Source: Dimorphilus gyrociliatus
Lineage: Eukaryota; Animalia; Annelida
Direction of reading: 5' to 3'
Assembly: GCA_904063045.1 (NCBI GenBank)
Contig: CAJFCJ010000009.1
Span: forward strand, 2,108,968-2,172,967
Length of the DNA stretch: 64,000 nucleotides
The translations under genes and the position numbers were made by a program. How positions within the stretch are numbered: the stretch's first letter is position 1; each line of letters opens with the position of its first letter. Shown piece by piece: positions 46,689-59,752 of this stretch. The notes below the pieces were generated by a model. That model was not told the DNA's origin. It did not search any database and saw nothing but the letters and a program-made list of their open reading frames with translations.

Positions 46689-49600
46689 ATGCAATTAAAG
46701 CATCTGAAAACATTACAAGTCCCTCAAGTACGTAGATGTTATGTTTTTGTTTAAAATATGTACATTTGTTTATAAGTGTATTGTTGTATCTATACGAAAT
46801 ATTTTTGAAATAGGAGGGAGCAGCAAAGATATCTGCTGTGGCCTGGTCGCCTAATAATGCTAAATTCGCCGTTTGTACATCTGATAGAGTTGTCATCTTA
46901 TTTGATGAAAATGGAGAAAAGAGAGATAAATTTGCTACAAAGCCGGTTGACGCGAAATATGGTAAAAAGAGCTATACAGTCAAAGGTCTGGCGTTTTCGC
47001 CAGATTCAACAAAGATAGCCGTTGCCCAAACTGACAACATCATTTTTGTTTATAAAATCGGTGAAGACTGGGGAGAGAAGAAGGTAATCTGTAATAAATT
47101 CATTCAACAATGCGCTGTCACTTGCCTAGTTTGGCCAGTTGATTCACAAAATATTGTGTTTGGCTGCTCTGATGGTAAGGTTAGAATGGGTAATACAAAG
47201 ACAAACAAGTCGAATACTCTCTATAATACTGATTCTTACGTTGTATCTTTAACTACTAACATTAGTGGTAAAGGGATACTATCAGGCCATGCGGATGGAT
47301 CAATAGTAAGATTCTTTACAGAAAATGATGATTCAGGAGAACCCCAAGGAAAAGTTTGTAAACACGCTTGCCCTCCTTACGCTTTAGCCTGGTCCACTAA
47401 CTCTATTATAGCGGCCGGGTGTGACAAAAGAATAGTTGCGTATGAAAAAGGAGGAAGAGTTCTGCAGCAATTCGATTATTCTAAAGACGATGACGAACAT
47501 GAATTTACTTGTGCAGTTTGTTCACCCAGCGGTCAATCTGTGGTTGTTGGTAGTTTTGACAGGCTAAGAGTATTGAATTGGTCTCCAAGGCGCTCAATGT
47601 GGGATGAAGCCAAGGCGAAAGAAATTCCAAATCTCTACACTATAACCGCATTAGCATGGAAAAAAGATGGTTCAAAAGTTAACGCAGGAACACTTTGCGG
47701 TGGAGTTGAACTTTTTGATTGTTGCTTGAGAAGAGCAATCTATAAAAATAAGTTTGAAATCACTTATGTTGGAGTATCACAAGTAATAGTCAAAAACATA
47801 TCTTCCACTGCAAGAGTCGTTCTAAAATCCTTCTATGGTTATGAGATAGACGAAGTTAAAATTCTTGGAAATGATAGATATTTGGTTGCCCATACAACTG
47901 AAACATTAATGCTTGGAGATATGTCAACTGCAAAATTATCTGAAGTTCCGTGGCATTCCGGTAGTGCCAACGAAAAATTCTATTTTGAAAATGACAATGT
48001 GTGTCTTGTTTTCAATGCTGGCGAGCTCTCTCTGATAGAATATGGATCAAATGAAATACTAGGTTGTGTTAGAACTGAATTTATGAATCCTCATTTGATA
48101 TCTGTACGGATAAATGAAAGAAAACAAAGAGGAGTTGACGATAATAAGAAGATGGCTTATTTAATAGATTTGAAAACAGTTGCAATAATGGACCTTTGCT
48201 CAGCAGTGAACATAGCTGAAGTTCCTCATGACTCCAAAATTGATTGGCTTGAGCTAAATGAAACAGGAAGAATCTTATTATTTAGGGATAAACGTTTAAA
48301 ATTACATATGTTTGACATTGATAATGGTACAACCACCACAATACTCGATTACTGTGTTTATGTTCAATGGGTAGCAGGAAGTGATGTAATCGTCGCTCAG
48401 GGAAGAAATACGTTATGCGTTTGGTATAATGTAGATGCTCCAGAGAGAGTTACAAACTGGCCCATCAAAGGAGATGTCACAGATATTGAAAGAACAGACG
48501 GGAAGACTGAAGTTCTAGTTCATGAAGGAGTAACATCTGTGGCATACGCTCTGGACGAAGGATTAATAGAATTCGGTACGGCTATTGATGATGGAGACTA
48601 TGCAAGAGCAGTAGCCTTTTTGGAAACTCTTGAAATGTCACCAGAAACTGAAGCAATGTGGAAAACTCTAAGTAAATTAGCGCTAGAGCATGAAGCTCTC
48701 CACATTGCTGAGCGTTGCTACGCTGCTTTGGGTGATGTTTCAAAAGCTCGTTATTTGAAAACTACTAGACAATATGCTAACAAAGCTGCCGAAACACTTG
48801 GTGGTACAGGAACAGATCACTACAAAGTAAAGGCCAGACTAGCAGTATTAGAAAAGAACTTAGCAGCAGCTCAAGCCGCCTATCTAGAACAGAATCAAGT
48901 AGATGAAGCTTTGGAAATGTACCAAGAACTTCACAAATGGGAGGATGCCCTAGCCATTGCAAGGGCTAAAAATCATCCTGAATTAGAAAGTTTGAAGAAA
49001 AACTATTATCAGTGGTTACTGGATACGTCTCAAGAAGGTCGCGCAGGCCAGTTAAAAGAAAAGGAAAATGACCCTGGTGCGGCTGTAAATCTATATCTGA
49101 AAGCAGGAATGCCCGCCCGAGCTGCAAGAGTTGTGGTATCAAATGACGATTTACTGGGTTCGTCCGAACTGGTGTCAAGAGTTGCAGGTGCCTTAACAAG
49201 AGCAGAATGTTACGAAAGAGCTGGAGATTTGTTTGAAAGGACAAGAGAATATAAACAAGCTATGGAATGCTATAAAAAAGGAGAATCTTGGAACAGGGCT
49301 GTTGAATTAGCACGTCATGCCTTTCCTGATAGTGTCGTTTCTCTAGAGAAATCTTGGGGAGATCATTTGTGTCAACTGAAACAACTTGATGCTGCTATTA
49401 ACCACTATATAGAAGCTGGAGAAATTTTAAAGGCAGCCGAAGCAGCTATTGCGTCTCGTCAGTGGAAGAAAGCTGTCCAAATATTAGAACTACAAGATGA
49501 AAGCGTCGCTCAGCCATTCTATAAACAAATTGCAGAACATTACGCTAAGATTGGAGAGCATGAGCATGCTGAAGAGTACTTTGTGAAAGCAGCAGCCACA

Positions 49601-52027
49601 GAAGATGCGATTTCCATGTACAACGCTGCCGGTAAGTGGGAGGCGGCTCATCGTTTGGCATCTACGTTTATGAAACCAGAAGAAGTTAGCACACTCTATA
49701 TCAATCAAGCTAAGGTATTGGAGAGTCAGGATAAATACAGAGATGCAGAACGTCTATATATAACCGTTGATGAGCCTGATTTGGCTATCACAATGTACAA
49801 AAAATTGAGAATGTTTAACGACATGATACGCTTAGTCAAAGCTCATAGACCTGAATTACTTCCAATGACTCACACCCATCTTGGTAAGCAATTCGAGGAA
49901 GAAGGGCAACTACGTCAAGCCGAACAACACTATGTGGCCGCTGGAGAGTGGAAGTCGGCAATAAATATGTATAGAGTAAAAGAATCTTGGGACGAAGCTC
50001 ATAGAGTTGCACGATCTCACGGTGGGCCAACTGCTGCTAAACAAGTAGCTTACTTGTGGGCGAAATCAGTTGGTGGAGATGCAGCTGTAAAACTTTTAAC
50101 AAGATTCGGCTTGCTAGAGGCTGCGATAGATTACGCAACTGAAAACTGCGCTTTTGATTTTGCTTTCGAGTTAGCAAAGTCTGCAATGAAGCAGAAGTTG
50201 CCCGAAATCTACTTGAAGCACGCCATGTTTTTAGAGGACGAGGGTAAATTTGCTGAAGCTGAAAAGGCGTTTATAACTGCTTCGAAAGCTAAAGAAGCTG
50301 TTCTTATGTATGTACACAATCAAGATTGGGATTCTGCTCAAAGAGTTGCTGAAGAACACGATCCAGATTCCGTTTCTGATGTCTTCGTTGGTCAGGCTAG
50401 ACACAGCTTTGACCAAAAAGACTATCAGAAGGCAGAAGGTTTCTTATTAAGAGCACAAAGACCTGAATTAGCCATTCGATATTATAAAGACGTCGGAATG
50501 TGGCAAGATGCACTTAGGGTATGCAAAGAATACATACCGCATAAATTGCAAGCTTTGCAGGACGAATACGACAGAACAGTTATGGAGCAATCAACGAAAG
50601 GTATGGAAACTTTAAGCAAACAAGCTAAACAATGGGAATCTAGTGGAGAGTATGAAAGAGCAGTTGAATGTTATTTGAAGTTTGATCAGAGCATCACACC
50701 AGATTTAAACATTCTTGAAAAAGCCTGGACTAGAGCTGCAACTTTGGCCTTAAAATTTCTAAAAGCTGCAAAATCCTCTGAGGTGGTTAACATTGTTGGA
50801 CCTCGCTTAGCTAAAATTGATAAACATTTAGCGGCAGCAGAATTATACGTTGCTGCAGATAAAGGCAAAGATGCGGTTGAGGTACTAATGGAAGGAGAAC
50901 ACTGGAATAAGGCAAAACATATCGCAAAAGAGCACGAGCCAAAAATGGAAGAGTTGGTTGATCAAAGATATAAGCAATTCTTAAAATCATCTGGTAAAGC
51001 GGATGCTTTGGCTGGAGTCGACGTTGTGGCAGCTCTTGATATGTATGTTGAAAAAGGTGAATGGGATAGATGCATTGCTACAGCTGCTCAGAATGGAAAC
51101 AATAAACTTCTGCATAAATACGTTGCCCAATACGCTGCTAAACTTCTTAAAGGTGGACAAGCTGCCAAAGCTCTGAATCTTTATGTTGAGCATGGTGCCC
51201 CGCCTGCTCAACAAAATTTTAATATTTACAAAAAGATCGCCCTTGATTTATTCCAAGCCAGAGATATGAATACGGCTGACGCCTATCAAATTTGGGCCGA
51301 CTTACGTAATGTTCTAAAAGATATTGTTGAAGCTCTAGAAAATATGGGCGGTGAAGATTCAGCTAATCTTAGTTCTCTCTTAAAGATTGCCCACTATTAC
51401 GCAACTCGTTCAGCAGCATTAGGTCATAAATCTTTGGATACTTTAGCCGCTAAACTCTCAATCTCCCTTCTAAGACACACGGATCTCGTTCCCGCTGATA
51501 AAGCATTCTGGGAGGCCGGTCAAGCATGTAGACAAATTGGTTGGGAAGCGATGGGTTTTGTATTCCTTAATCGTTATCTGGACTTGGTGGAAGCAATAGA
51601 AGATGGTTCCCTCGATACTCTGGATCATAGTGATTTCCAAAATACAGATATACCTTATGAAATCCCTCTGCCCGAAAGATTATTTGTCGGCGAATCTGAA
51701 CACGAAGAGATAAAAGAATGGGTTCTAGCAATTTCTCTAGATCAACGAGTCACTCACGAATTACCTTGCGACGAAAGAGATACATATGAAGGGTCTCTTA
51801 TTTCAGTCAATGGTAAGAAATATCCACCGTGCCTCATTTCAGGTTATCCCGTCTATAAAAATCCTATGGAATTTAAACGCGAAGGGTTTTATGCCAACAA
51901 AGATGAATGGAATAAATTCTTAATGGCAACGAAAGTATCACACTCAGCATCTTGTCAAGACGTTCTGAAATTTATTGGAAGTTGGGCTGGAGCAACTTCA
52001 ACACCATCATTTAATTTCCAGCAATAA
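46689..52027 (+). CDS. IFT172: Intraflagellar transport protein 172, 2 exons (46689-46727, 46814-52027)
   Basis: [13 protein letters not shown]|[22 protein letters not shown]...RDKFATKP; WD40 beta-propellers followed by a TPR/alpha-solenoid; single 86-nt GT-AG intron. The ORF track's GTG start is not the true start. Confidence 0.97.
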
Positions 52028-52219
52028 ATCGCTAAATTATTATTAATTATAACAAAAATGAACACTTTTCTTTATCTTTATCTTTTTCACTTATGTGACA
52101 ATACAATTTTATTAATGATATGTTAATAATTTATCTAAGTGTATCTGTTATATAGTAAATTGATTAAAGATTATATCTATGTTGAAACACAACGTATATT
52201 AATTTATTTTCAACTTAAA

Positions 52220-53177
52220 TTATTTTAATCTTTGTAGTTGGCAAACAACTCCTGTGCCTTTTAAACCACAATAACCTCCAGGATTCTTTTCCAAATATTG
52301 CTGATGATCCAATTGAGCCATATAGAATTTACCAGCTCTACGAATTTCCGTAGTTATTTTACAACCTTTCTTCGCACTGTTTTCAAGTGATTTCTGATAA
52401 GCATTTCTACTATTTAAAGCTTGTTCTTGTTGATCATCAGTTAGCGTATAGATAGCACTGCGATATTGACTGCCATGATCGTTTCCCTGTCTGTTTCCTT
52501 GGGTTGGATCATGATTTTCCCAAAACAGTGATAACAGTTTCTCAAATGTGACTTTTTCAGGATCATACACAACTCTCACAACTTCAGCATGATTCGTTTG
52601 TCCTAAATAAAAACAATAGTATAGTTAAATGACAATTGTCACCGAGTTGAAAATCTAGAGCAAGATACAACGCTATGATCACTATTCATTTAGCAATCAT
52701 GACTATGCACAAAAGTTGAATTGTATAAATGATTATATTGCTATTATTACCTGAACAGACTTTTCTATAAGAAACTTCAATATCATCTCTTCCACCTGCA
52801 AATCCTACTTGAGTTGAGTATACCCCTTTCTGTTTCCAAAACAGCCTTTCTGCACCCCAATAGCATCCCATTCCGAACAAAACCATTTGCATATTTGAGG
52901 GAAATGGCTCATTTAAGGGAGTTTTTAAGACTTTATGCATTGCAGATTCCACTGTAAATATATTAATTAGCATTAATTTAATTAAGAGAATTGCTTTTAA
53001 AATATCTTATTTTGGATTTAATAAGAGAGACATAAAATAGGCTTAATTAGAATTGCGTATTGAAATATTATAATGAATTCAATAGAAAAAATAAATATTT
53101 GAAAGAAAAAACTTACATCCGTTGGAAGACATCGTTCTGCTGAACAACTTAGCAATAAATGACATAAATAACGACAT
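52220..53177 (-). CDS. MSRA: Peptide methionine sulfoxide reductase A, 3 exons
   Basis: Exon 1 [20 protein letters not shown] (53177-53117); [10 protein letters not shown]; [10 protein letters not shown]; YRKVCSG|QTNHAEVV; [19 protein letters not shown]; [13 protein letters not shown]. Confidence 0.94.
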
Positions 53178-53412
53178 AAAATTTGAACCTAATAGAAAAT
53201 AGCAAGACCCCTCATGAAATGTTACAAAATGTTTACCAGTTTCTATTTCGCGCCTTAAAAATGAATATCCTAGAAAGTTTTTTTTCATTTTTCAATGACT
53301 ATAATACAAATAAGAAGAAATTGTTTGATTGAAATTATACGACTTTAAATAAAAAAACAATTCAATTTTTGATTCTTGTATTAGTATCTCAAAAACTTGT
53401 TCAATAATTTTA

Positions 53413-54544
53413 TTAGAATTTATAAGCTACATAATGAAGCACAGTGCTTGGAAATTTCATCCAGTATGGTATCCAGTCGGCCAACCATGCGCATTTATTT
53501 GTAATAACTAACCCCATGCCAATCCATCTCACACTAGGCGGCATTTTTCCATCGATATCTTTGAAACCGTATTCTGAAGCTAATTCTGCTGTAATAAGAA
53601 TCCTAGAAGTTTTCTTATAAACATTTGGGTCTGAAAAGCATAAAATATTATTATATAAATATGCTCACATTCCATTCATATGTTTGTATTTACCAGATGC
53701 CAAGGCAACTATGGCTTTACCGGAAAATTCGGTGGATTCACTGTATTTATTCAATATCTGATGAAAAAAAGAGAGATTTAGTGTAACAAGATATGAAGGA
53801 TGGAAAAAGTACAAACACTTTTAAAACGGTCGTTCATATTTTCTGCAGAAGTGAGTAACTCAGTTTTAACTGCTCCTGGCCAAAGGGATACACAAGTTAC
53901 ATTATGCTTTTTCAACTCTATACCACAATCAACAGACATTCTATCTAATGCAGCTTTTCCAACACCATAAGCAACGTCAAAGAGATAACTAAGTCCTCCA
54001 GATGAAGAAATGTTAATAATTAAGCCAGTCTTTCTCGGAACCATCATATTTGCGGCTTTAACTGTACAAATATAGTGATTTCGTAAGCCAACATTGTTTA
54101 CAGTATCCCAATGTTCATTAGCTGGTTCCTTTTGCCAAAATTTCTTCTTTTCAACTGTATCTAACAATGTCTATAGAGGACATATAAAAATTATTGAACT
54201 TTAATTAGGACATAAATTGTAAAGATATTTACAGTGACAGCAGCATAGGCATTATTGACGAGAACATCTAACTTTCCATCATTTTCTACCGATATTTGTC
54301 TGAAGAGGTCATCGATGTCTGAATCTTTACTATGATCGCAAACAACTGGAACACAGATACCGCCTCGATTTTGAACTTCTTCCGCGACTTCCTCAAGGCT
54401 AACACCTTTCGAATCTGGCTTCGGTTTCAAAGTTCTACCAGTGATATAAACCTTAGCTCCAGCTTCTCCAAGCTGTACTGCGATACCTCTTCCAATTCCA
54501 CGACTAGCTCCAGTAACTAAACAAATCTTACCTGCAAGTGCCAT
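53413..54544 (-). CDS. DHRS1: Dehydrogenase/reductase SDR family member 1, copy A (4 exons)
   Basis: TGASRGIG, LVNNAY, WDTVNNVGLRNHY, YGVGK (YxxxK), SLWPGAVKTE, ESTEFSG; ends HYVAYKF*. Confidence 0.93.
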
Positions 54545-55177
54545 ATTGATTTACAATATAATTCAATTTTTTTTCGGTAGAACCTAACCTAACTATTCTC
54601 TGTGCAAATTAGAGTAATGTCTAATTTTATTAAAATAAAAAATCAGTTCTATCAAGACTTGTAATATTTAATATTTGTCTGCTATTGGCTGACACATGTA
54701 TTGTCGCTATTTCTGACTGGAATTGACAGCAAAATTAAAACCGTCTGCAATCGGTGTGACGTATACGGCTTATGTTATGTTTTTAAAAGTAAATCTAGTT
54801 CTAAGATAACAGTGCGTTGTCCATGAAGATGAGACAGACTAACACCATTTCTAGTAGTTTCGTTTTATCAATTAATACGTATTAACCTAAATACTATAGT
54901 ATACATATCTTGCTATGTCGAAATAAAGATAACACGACTCTTTTCGTGTTTCAGTGAAAGGATTTGTTTTTAGGTTTTTTAAATTAAAAAATGTAGTACT
55001 TAAAGGGAAAAAATTCCAAATTTCAATGGAAACATTAGTTGAAATAGTTTCCGTTTCGTCTTTTAATGTACAGATTGAACATAATAAAAAAGATAATTAT
55101 CTCAATTTGAATATATTTTTATTATTAGTTGTTCATTTTTCAATTGTAATCCTAAACAATTTGCTCAATTTGCATAT

Positions 55178-56339
55178 TTAGAATTTGTAGGAGAAATAAT
55201 GGAGTAAGGAAAATGGTAATTTCATCCAGTAGGGTACCCAATTCGCCAACCATACGTATTTTGTGTCGACTAGAGCCATGCCAACCCATCTTAAACTGGG
55301 TGCCGTTTTACCATCGATATCTTTAAAACCGTATTCTGAAGCTAATTCTGCTGTGATAAGAATCCTAGAAGTTTTCTTATGAACATTTGGGTCTAAAAAA
55401 CACAAATAAAAATAAATTATCTCATAAAATGTGTTCACATATCATCCATCTATTTATATTTACCAGATGCTAAGCAAACTATAGCTTTACCGGAAAATTC
55501 AGTGGATTCACCATAGTCAAAGAACATCTGTTGAATTTAAAAAAAAAAGGAAATAGAAATAATTTAATTATAAAGAAAGAGGAAGAAAAGAATGACAAAA
55601 TTACAAACAGTTTTTAAACGATCATCCATCTCTCCTGATACGGCAGAGATTAACTCAGTTTTAACTGCTCCTGGCCAAAGGGATACACAAGTTACATTAT
55701 GCTTTTTCAACTCTATACCACAATCAACAGACATTCTATCTAATGCAGCTTTTCCAACACCATAAGCAACGTCAAAGAGATAACTAAGTCCTCCAGATGA
55801 TGAAATGTTAATAATTAAGCCAGTCTTTCTTGGAACCATCATATTTGCGGCTTTAACTGTACAAATATAATGATTTCGTAAGCCAACATTGTTTACAATA
55901 TCCCAATGTTCATTAGCTGGTTCCTTTTGCCAAAATTTCTTCTTTTCAACTGTATCTAACAATGTCTACAGAGGACATATAAAAATTATTGAACTTTAAT
56001 TAGGACATAAATTGTAAAGATATTTACAGTGACAGCAGCATAGGCATTATTGACGAGAACATCTAACTTTCCATCATTTTCTACCGATATTTGTCTGAAG
56101 AGGTCATCGATGTCTGAATCTTTACTATGATCGCAAACAACTGGAACACAGATACCGCCTCGATTTTGAACTTCTTCCGCGACTTCCTCGAGACTAACAC
56201 CTTTCGAATCTGGCTTCGGCTTCAAAGTTCTACCAGTGATATAAACCTTAGCTCCAGCTTCTCCAAGCTGTACTGCGATACCTCTTCCAATTCCACGACT
56301 GGCTCCAGTAACTAAACAAATCTTACCGGCAAGTGCCAT
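55178..56339 (-). CDS. DHRS1: Dehydrogenase/reductase SDR family member 1, copy B (4 exons)
   Basis: Tandem paralogue of copy A, offset 1795 nt, with the same motifs; ends HYFSYKF*. Confidence 0.93.
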
Positions 56340-56763
56340 AATGATTTACAAAGTAATTCAAACTTTTTTCAGTAGGAAACAATTTGAATATTCTGTTTTA
56401 AAAATTTAATAAAACAATTAATTGTAGCTAATTAAAAACTTTTTGTCAGATATGACTTGCAATATTTACTATTTTGTCTGTTATGTGCTGACTGATGTGT
56501 TGTCACTAGATCTGACAGAGCAATTGCCGGACTTAAACCTGTTGCAATCGTAAATTGAGGTCTATCTATTGAACTTTATACTATGATAGAAATTAGTTCG
56601 AAAGAATAGGTGCAATGTCCATATCAACAACAGGCCTATTCCTTTCCCAGTATTTTTTTTATTTATTTAATAAATTCATATGCATTATTTTCCTTTAGAA
56701 AAGGTAAAAAGATTAAAAATGTTCATATAAATGAATAACAATTGGTATGAATCAATTTAACAG

Positions 56764-59473
56764 TCATGTTTCAATGTGCCTTGACATATGAGTCGAGGCA
56801 ACTTTGCATAAGAGTGGTATATCGCTCTCATCCGCATCAATTTGCTTGGACAACTCAGGTCTACTCAGTTGTCTTCCACCAGAACACTTTACAACTTGAG
56901 CCAAAATTTTGGATTTAAAGTAAATTTGTTGAAGGCAGTCTTCAACGTGCATGGCACAAAATTCCGATGACATTTTTAGTTTGTATAATTGAAGGACGGA
57001 ATAGAGAAGATCTGACACAAGAGTAGAAGGCGTGGAGATTTCGTGGGCACAAACACGATCGGGCATAGAGGAGAGGCAAGTGTGCACTTTTATAGTAAAA
57101 TTGTCAGTATCCGCTACAATGCAACATGCCTCGGAAACGGGTTCGTCGAGTATGTTCTCCTTAACATAAGCGATTAAGTCATCTATCATTCTAGGTGTAA
57201 AATTTGTCTCACTTGTCCCTTGAATGACGAAATCTGACATGTATCGATTTGTATAACCGGCGAATAGATTAGAAGCAATACCAGCTTCGACGGATGGAGG
57301 AGAATGTGATGGTTTTTTTGGTAGTGATATCTCTTCTAAATGATCAGTAATTGATGCAGTTGAAGGGGGCCTTATTTTATCATCTCTTTTCGGATTTCTG
57401 AACTCTAAACTACGAGGGCGAATTGGTACATGACTGAGATCGCATTCTGTTGAGCCGTCAAAATATTCGTCAAAGATAGACAATTCATCTTGTACAGGTT
57501 TCTTCTCGTTCATACGTCCCACAGATATTGCTTCAACACGTCTGGCACGATTTTCAATTGAATGAGGAGTATCTAAGCATTCTCTTTTCATTATTTCCTT
57601 AGGATTTGGATACAACCTAGTTGTAGGGGGTGATTTCTTCTGAATATTTGCAACAGGTTCATTTTTTGAGTAGTTAGTGGCACTTGAAGAAAATTCACTT
57701 AAATCAGGATATAATTTTGATGTAGCTGACATTTTTGGATTTGTATCTGATTCGTTAACTGGTGGTCGAGATGGAGTTTGCTCTCTAACAGTTGAACATC
57801 GTATAAAGTAAGAAAGAACAGTTATAAGTTTTTGGACTAATGATTGACGTTTTCCAACCACTATAACTCTAGTTAATAATGGTGGATCGCCGACAGCACC
57901 GTAGACATCACTAAAGGAAAAAGATAGTTAAGTTTATATTGTCAATTTTATTTAAATTATTTCTCTACCTTAACTGAGCCCAAAGAGGGTTATACGGATG
58001 GGATTTTGCAAGTGTGGTCAGCCATTTAGCACTATGTTTATTCAGATAGGTTTCGGATAAACCTGCATCAGCAGGAGCAACGGTTGGAACCCATGATAAA
58101 TGCCTGGTCAAAACAGCCGTCAATAGGCAACTGGTAAAACTGTTTTATGTTTTAGAGAAAAAAGTAAACATAATTATTATCAAGTATAAAGAGGAATAAT
58201 TGACACAAATGTATACTAACAATCCATTATGTTTCGTATCACAGGTTTTTGTTAAGAACGCGAGTGAATCCATAAAATTTTCATATGACTGCAAATCATT
58301 CTCTGATGCCATACTAAGCCAGAGCGGTTTTTTAATTCTCGGTGCTCGTAATAAGTCCCTAAAACCTTCTTTGAAATTCGAAAAAGATGTTAATAAAGCT
58401 GTTTGTAGGCTTTTAGGATCGCACTGGAAGGATTTTTCAAAGCTTTGAACAATTTTCCATGTATGATTTTCAAGGATGGTTATGTGGTTAAAGAAGAATT
58501 TTTGAAATTCATCCGCTTCTCTTTCGTCTGATGATAACGTGAAGAGCAAAGCTAGACCGATTAAATTCTTCCGACTTCCTTCACAAAATTGTGAACTGTT
58601 TTGGAGAAAACACTCTTGTTCAAGGCTGGTTTTCATTGATTTCTCATATCTTTTAATGAGAGAATTTCTTTGATGATAACTTCCTGAGTGAACGCTATCA
58701 GTTTCAGAATCATCGTCATCGTCACGAGAATTCTTTGGTAAATCACGTGGCAAGCTTCTCGCTGATAATAAATAATAGATTCATAAAATTTATATACAGT
58801 ATTATAAAATATATATTTAAGAACATACTTTTCGATAATCTTCCAAAGTCTATATCATCTCCATCGTCATTTTCAGTACAAAGCTTAGGATATAGACGAG
58901 ATTTGTACTTATCAGGCAAATAGAACAATTTTGTCATCATTAACTGATGATTTGAGCTATTGAGAGATAATTTATCAGCATTTGTATCAATTAATTGTAT
59001 AATTACAATACATACTCAAAATTAATTTTATTAATTTTTAGCATTGGTTCTTTTGCCATTTCTAATGTTCCAAACATCATGTTACCCAACGTTCCATAAG
59101 GTAGAACGTTCTGATGAATAACAAAAAAAATGAGGAATAATGAAAAAATCCATTTCTCATAGGAAAACAAAGAAACTTGTACTTACTGATGAGCAAGATG
59201 AATCAAAGATTAGTTTTCTATCATTTCTCATACAAACCAATCGAATATTGGGCATTTCCCTGTAACAAAAAATTACGTAAATATTATTCACATTCACATG
59301 CCCTATTGAATTTTTAAGAATTGATTCTATTTATTGTTATATATCAATTTTTTACGAATTTTTACAAGTTAAACTGATCCTTAAACTTACAATTGAGTAG
59401 GATATTCATTATTATTAGTCCGATTTATTTGATGGTTCAAATTTGACCGTAATTTTTTAAACAAATTCATCAT
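56764..59473 (-). CDS. FNIP: Folliculin-interacting protein (FNIP), multi-exon
   Basis: MMNLFKKL; PNIRLVC...LIFDSS; EMAKEPMLK region; IGLALLF...FFFNH; APRIKKPLW; WVPTVAP; HLQNPIRITLWAQL; RQSLVQKLITVLSYFIRCS; SNLFAGY...SDFVIQG; EACCIVADTDNF; FCAMHVEDCLQQIYFKS; DIPLLCKVASTH. Confidence 0.92.
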
Positions 59474-59752
59474 TTAGACGCTGTCACATGACTAAACACA
59501 AGAACGTGGGATAACCCAATAGTGATTGGCTGACTGTTCTGCGGCGGTAAAACTATCGAAATCTATTGGTGGATATTTTTAAATAAGAAAGTCATATGAC
59601 TCGACAACGGTAGATGGCGTTAAGCTTCCGTTAAAAATTTCCCTGTCTGCGAATAAACAAAACAGTGTACATATGGTTACTATCTGTTTACGCCCTTAGG
59701 AAATCACGAGTAAATGAGTTTAGTTGGAAAGACCGTACATAAAATTTCTCTA

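Noticed and set aside
48777-51214. Short antisense ORFs within IFT172
   Set aside because: Expected shadow ORFs opposite a long coding exon; no motifs.
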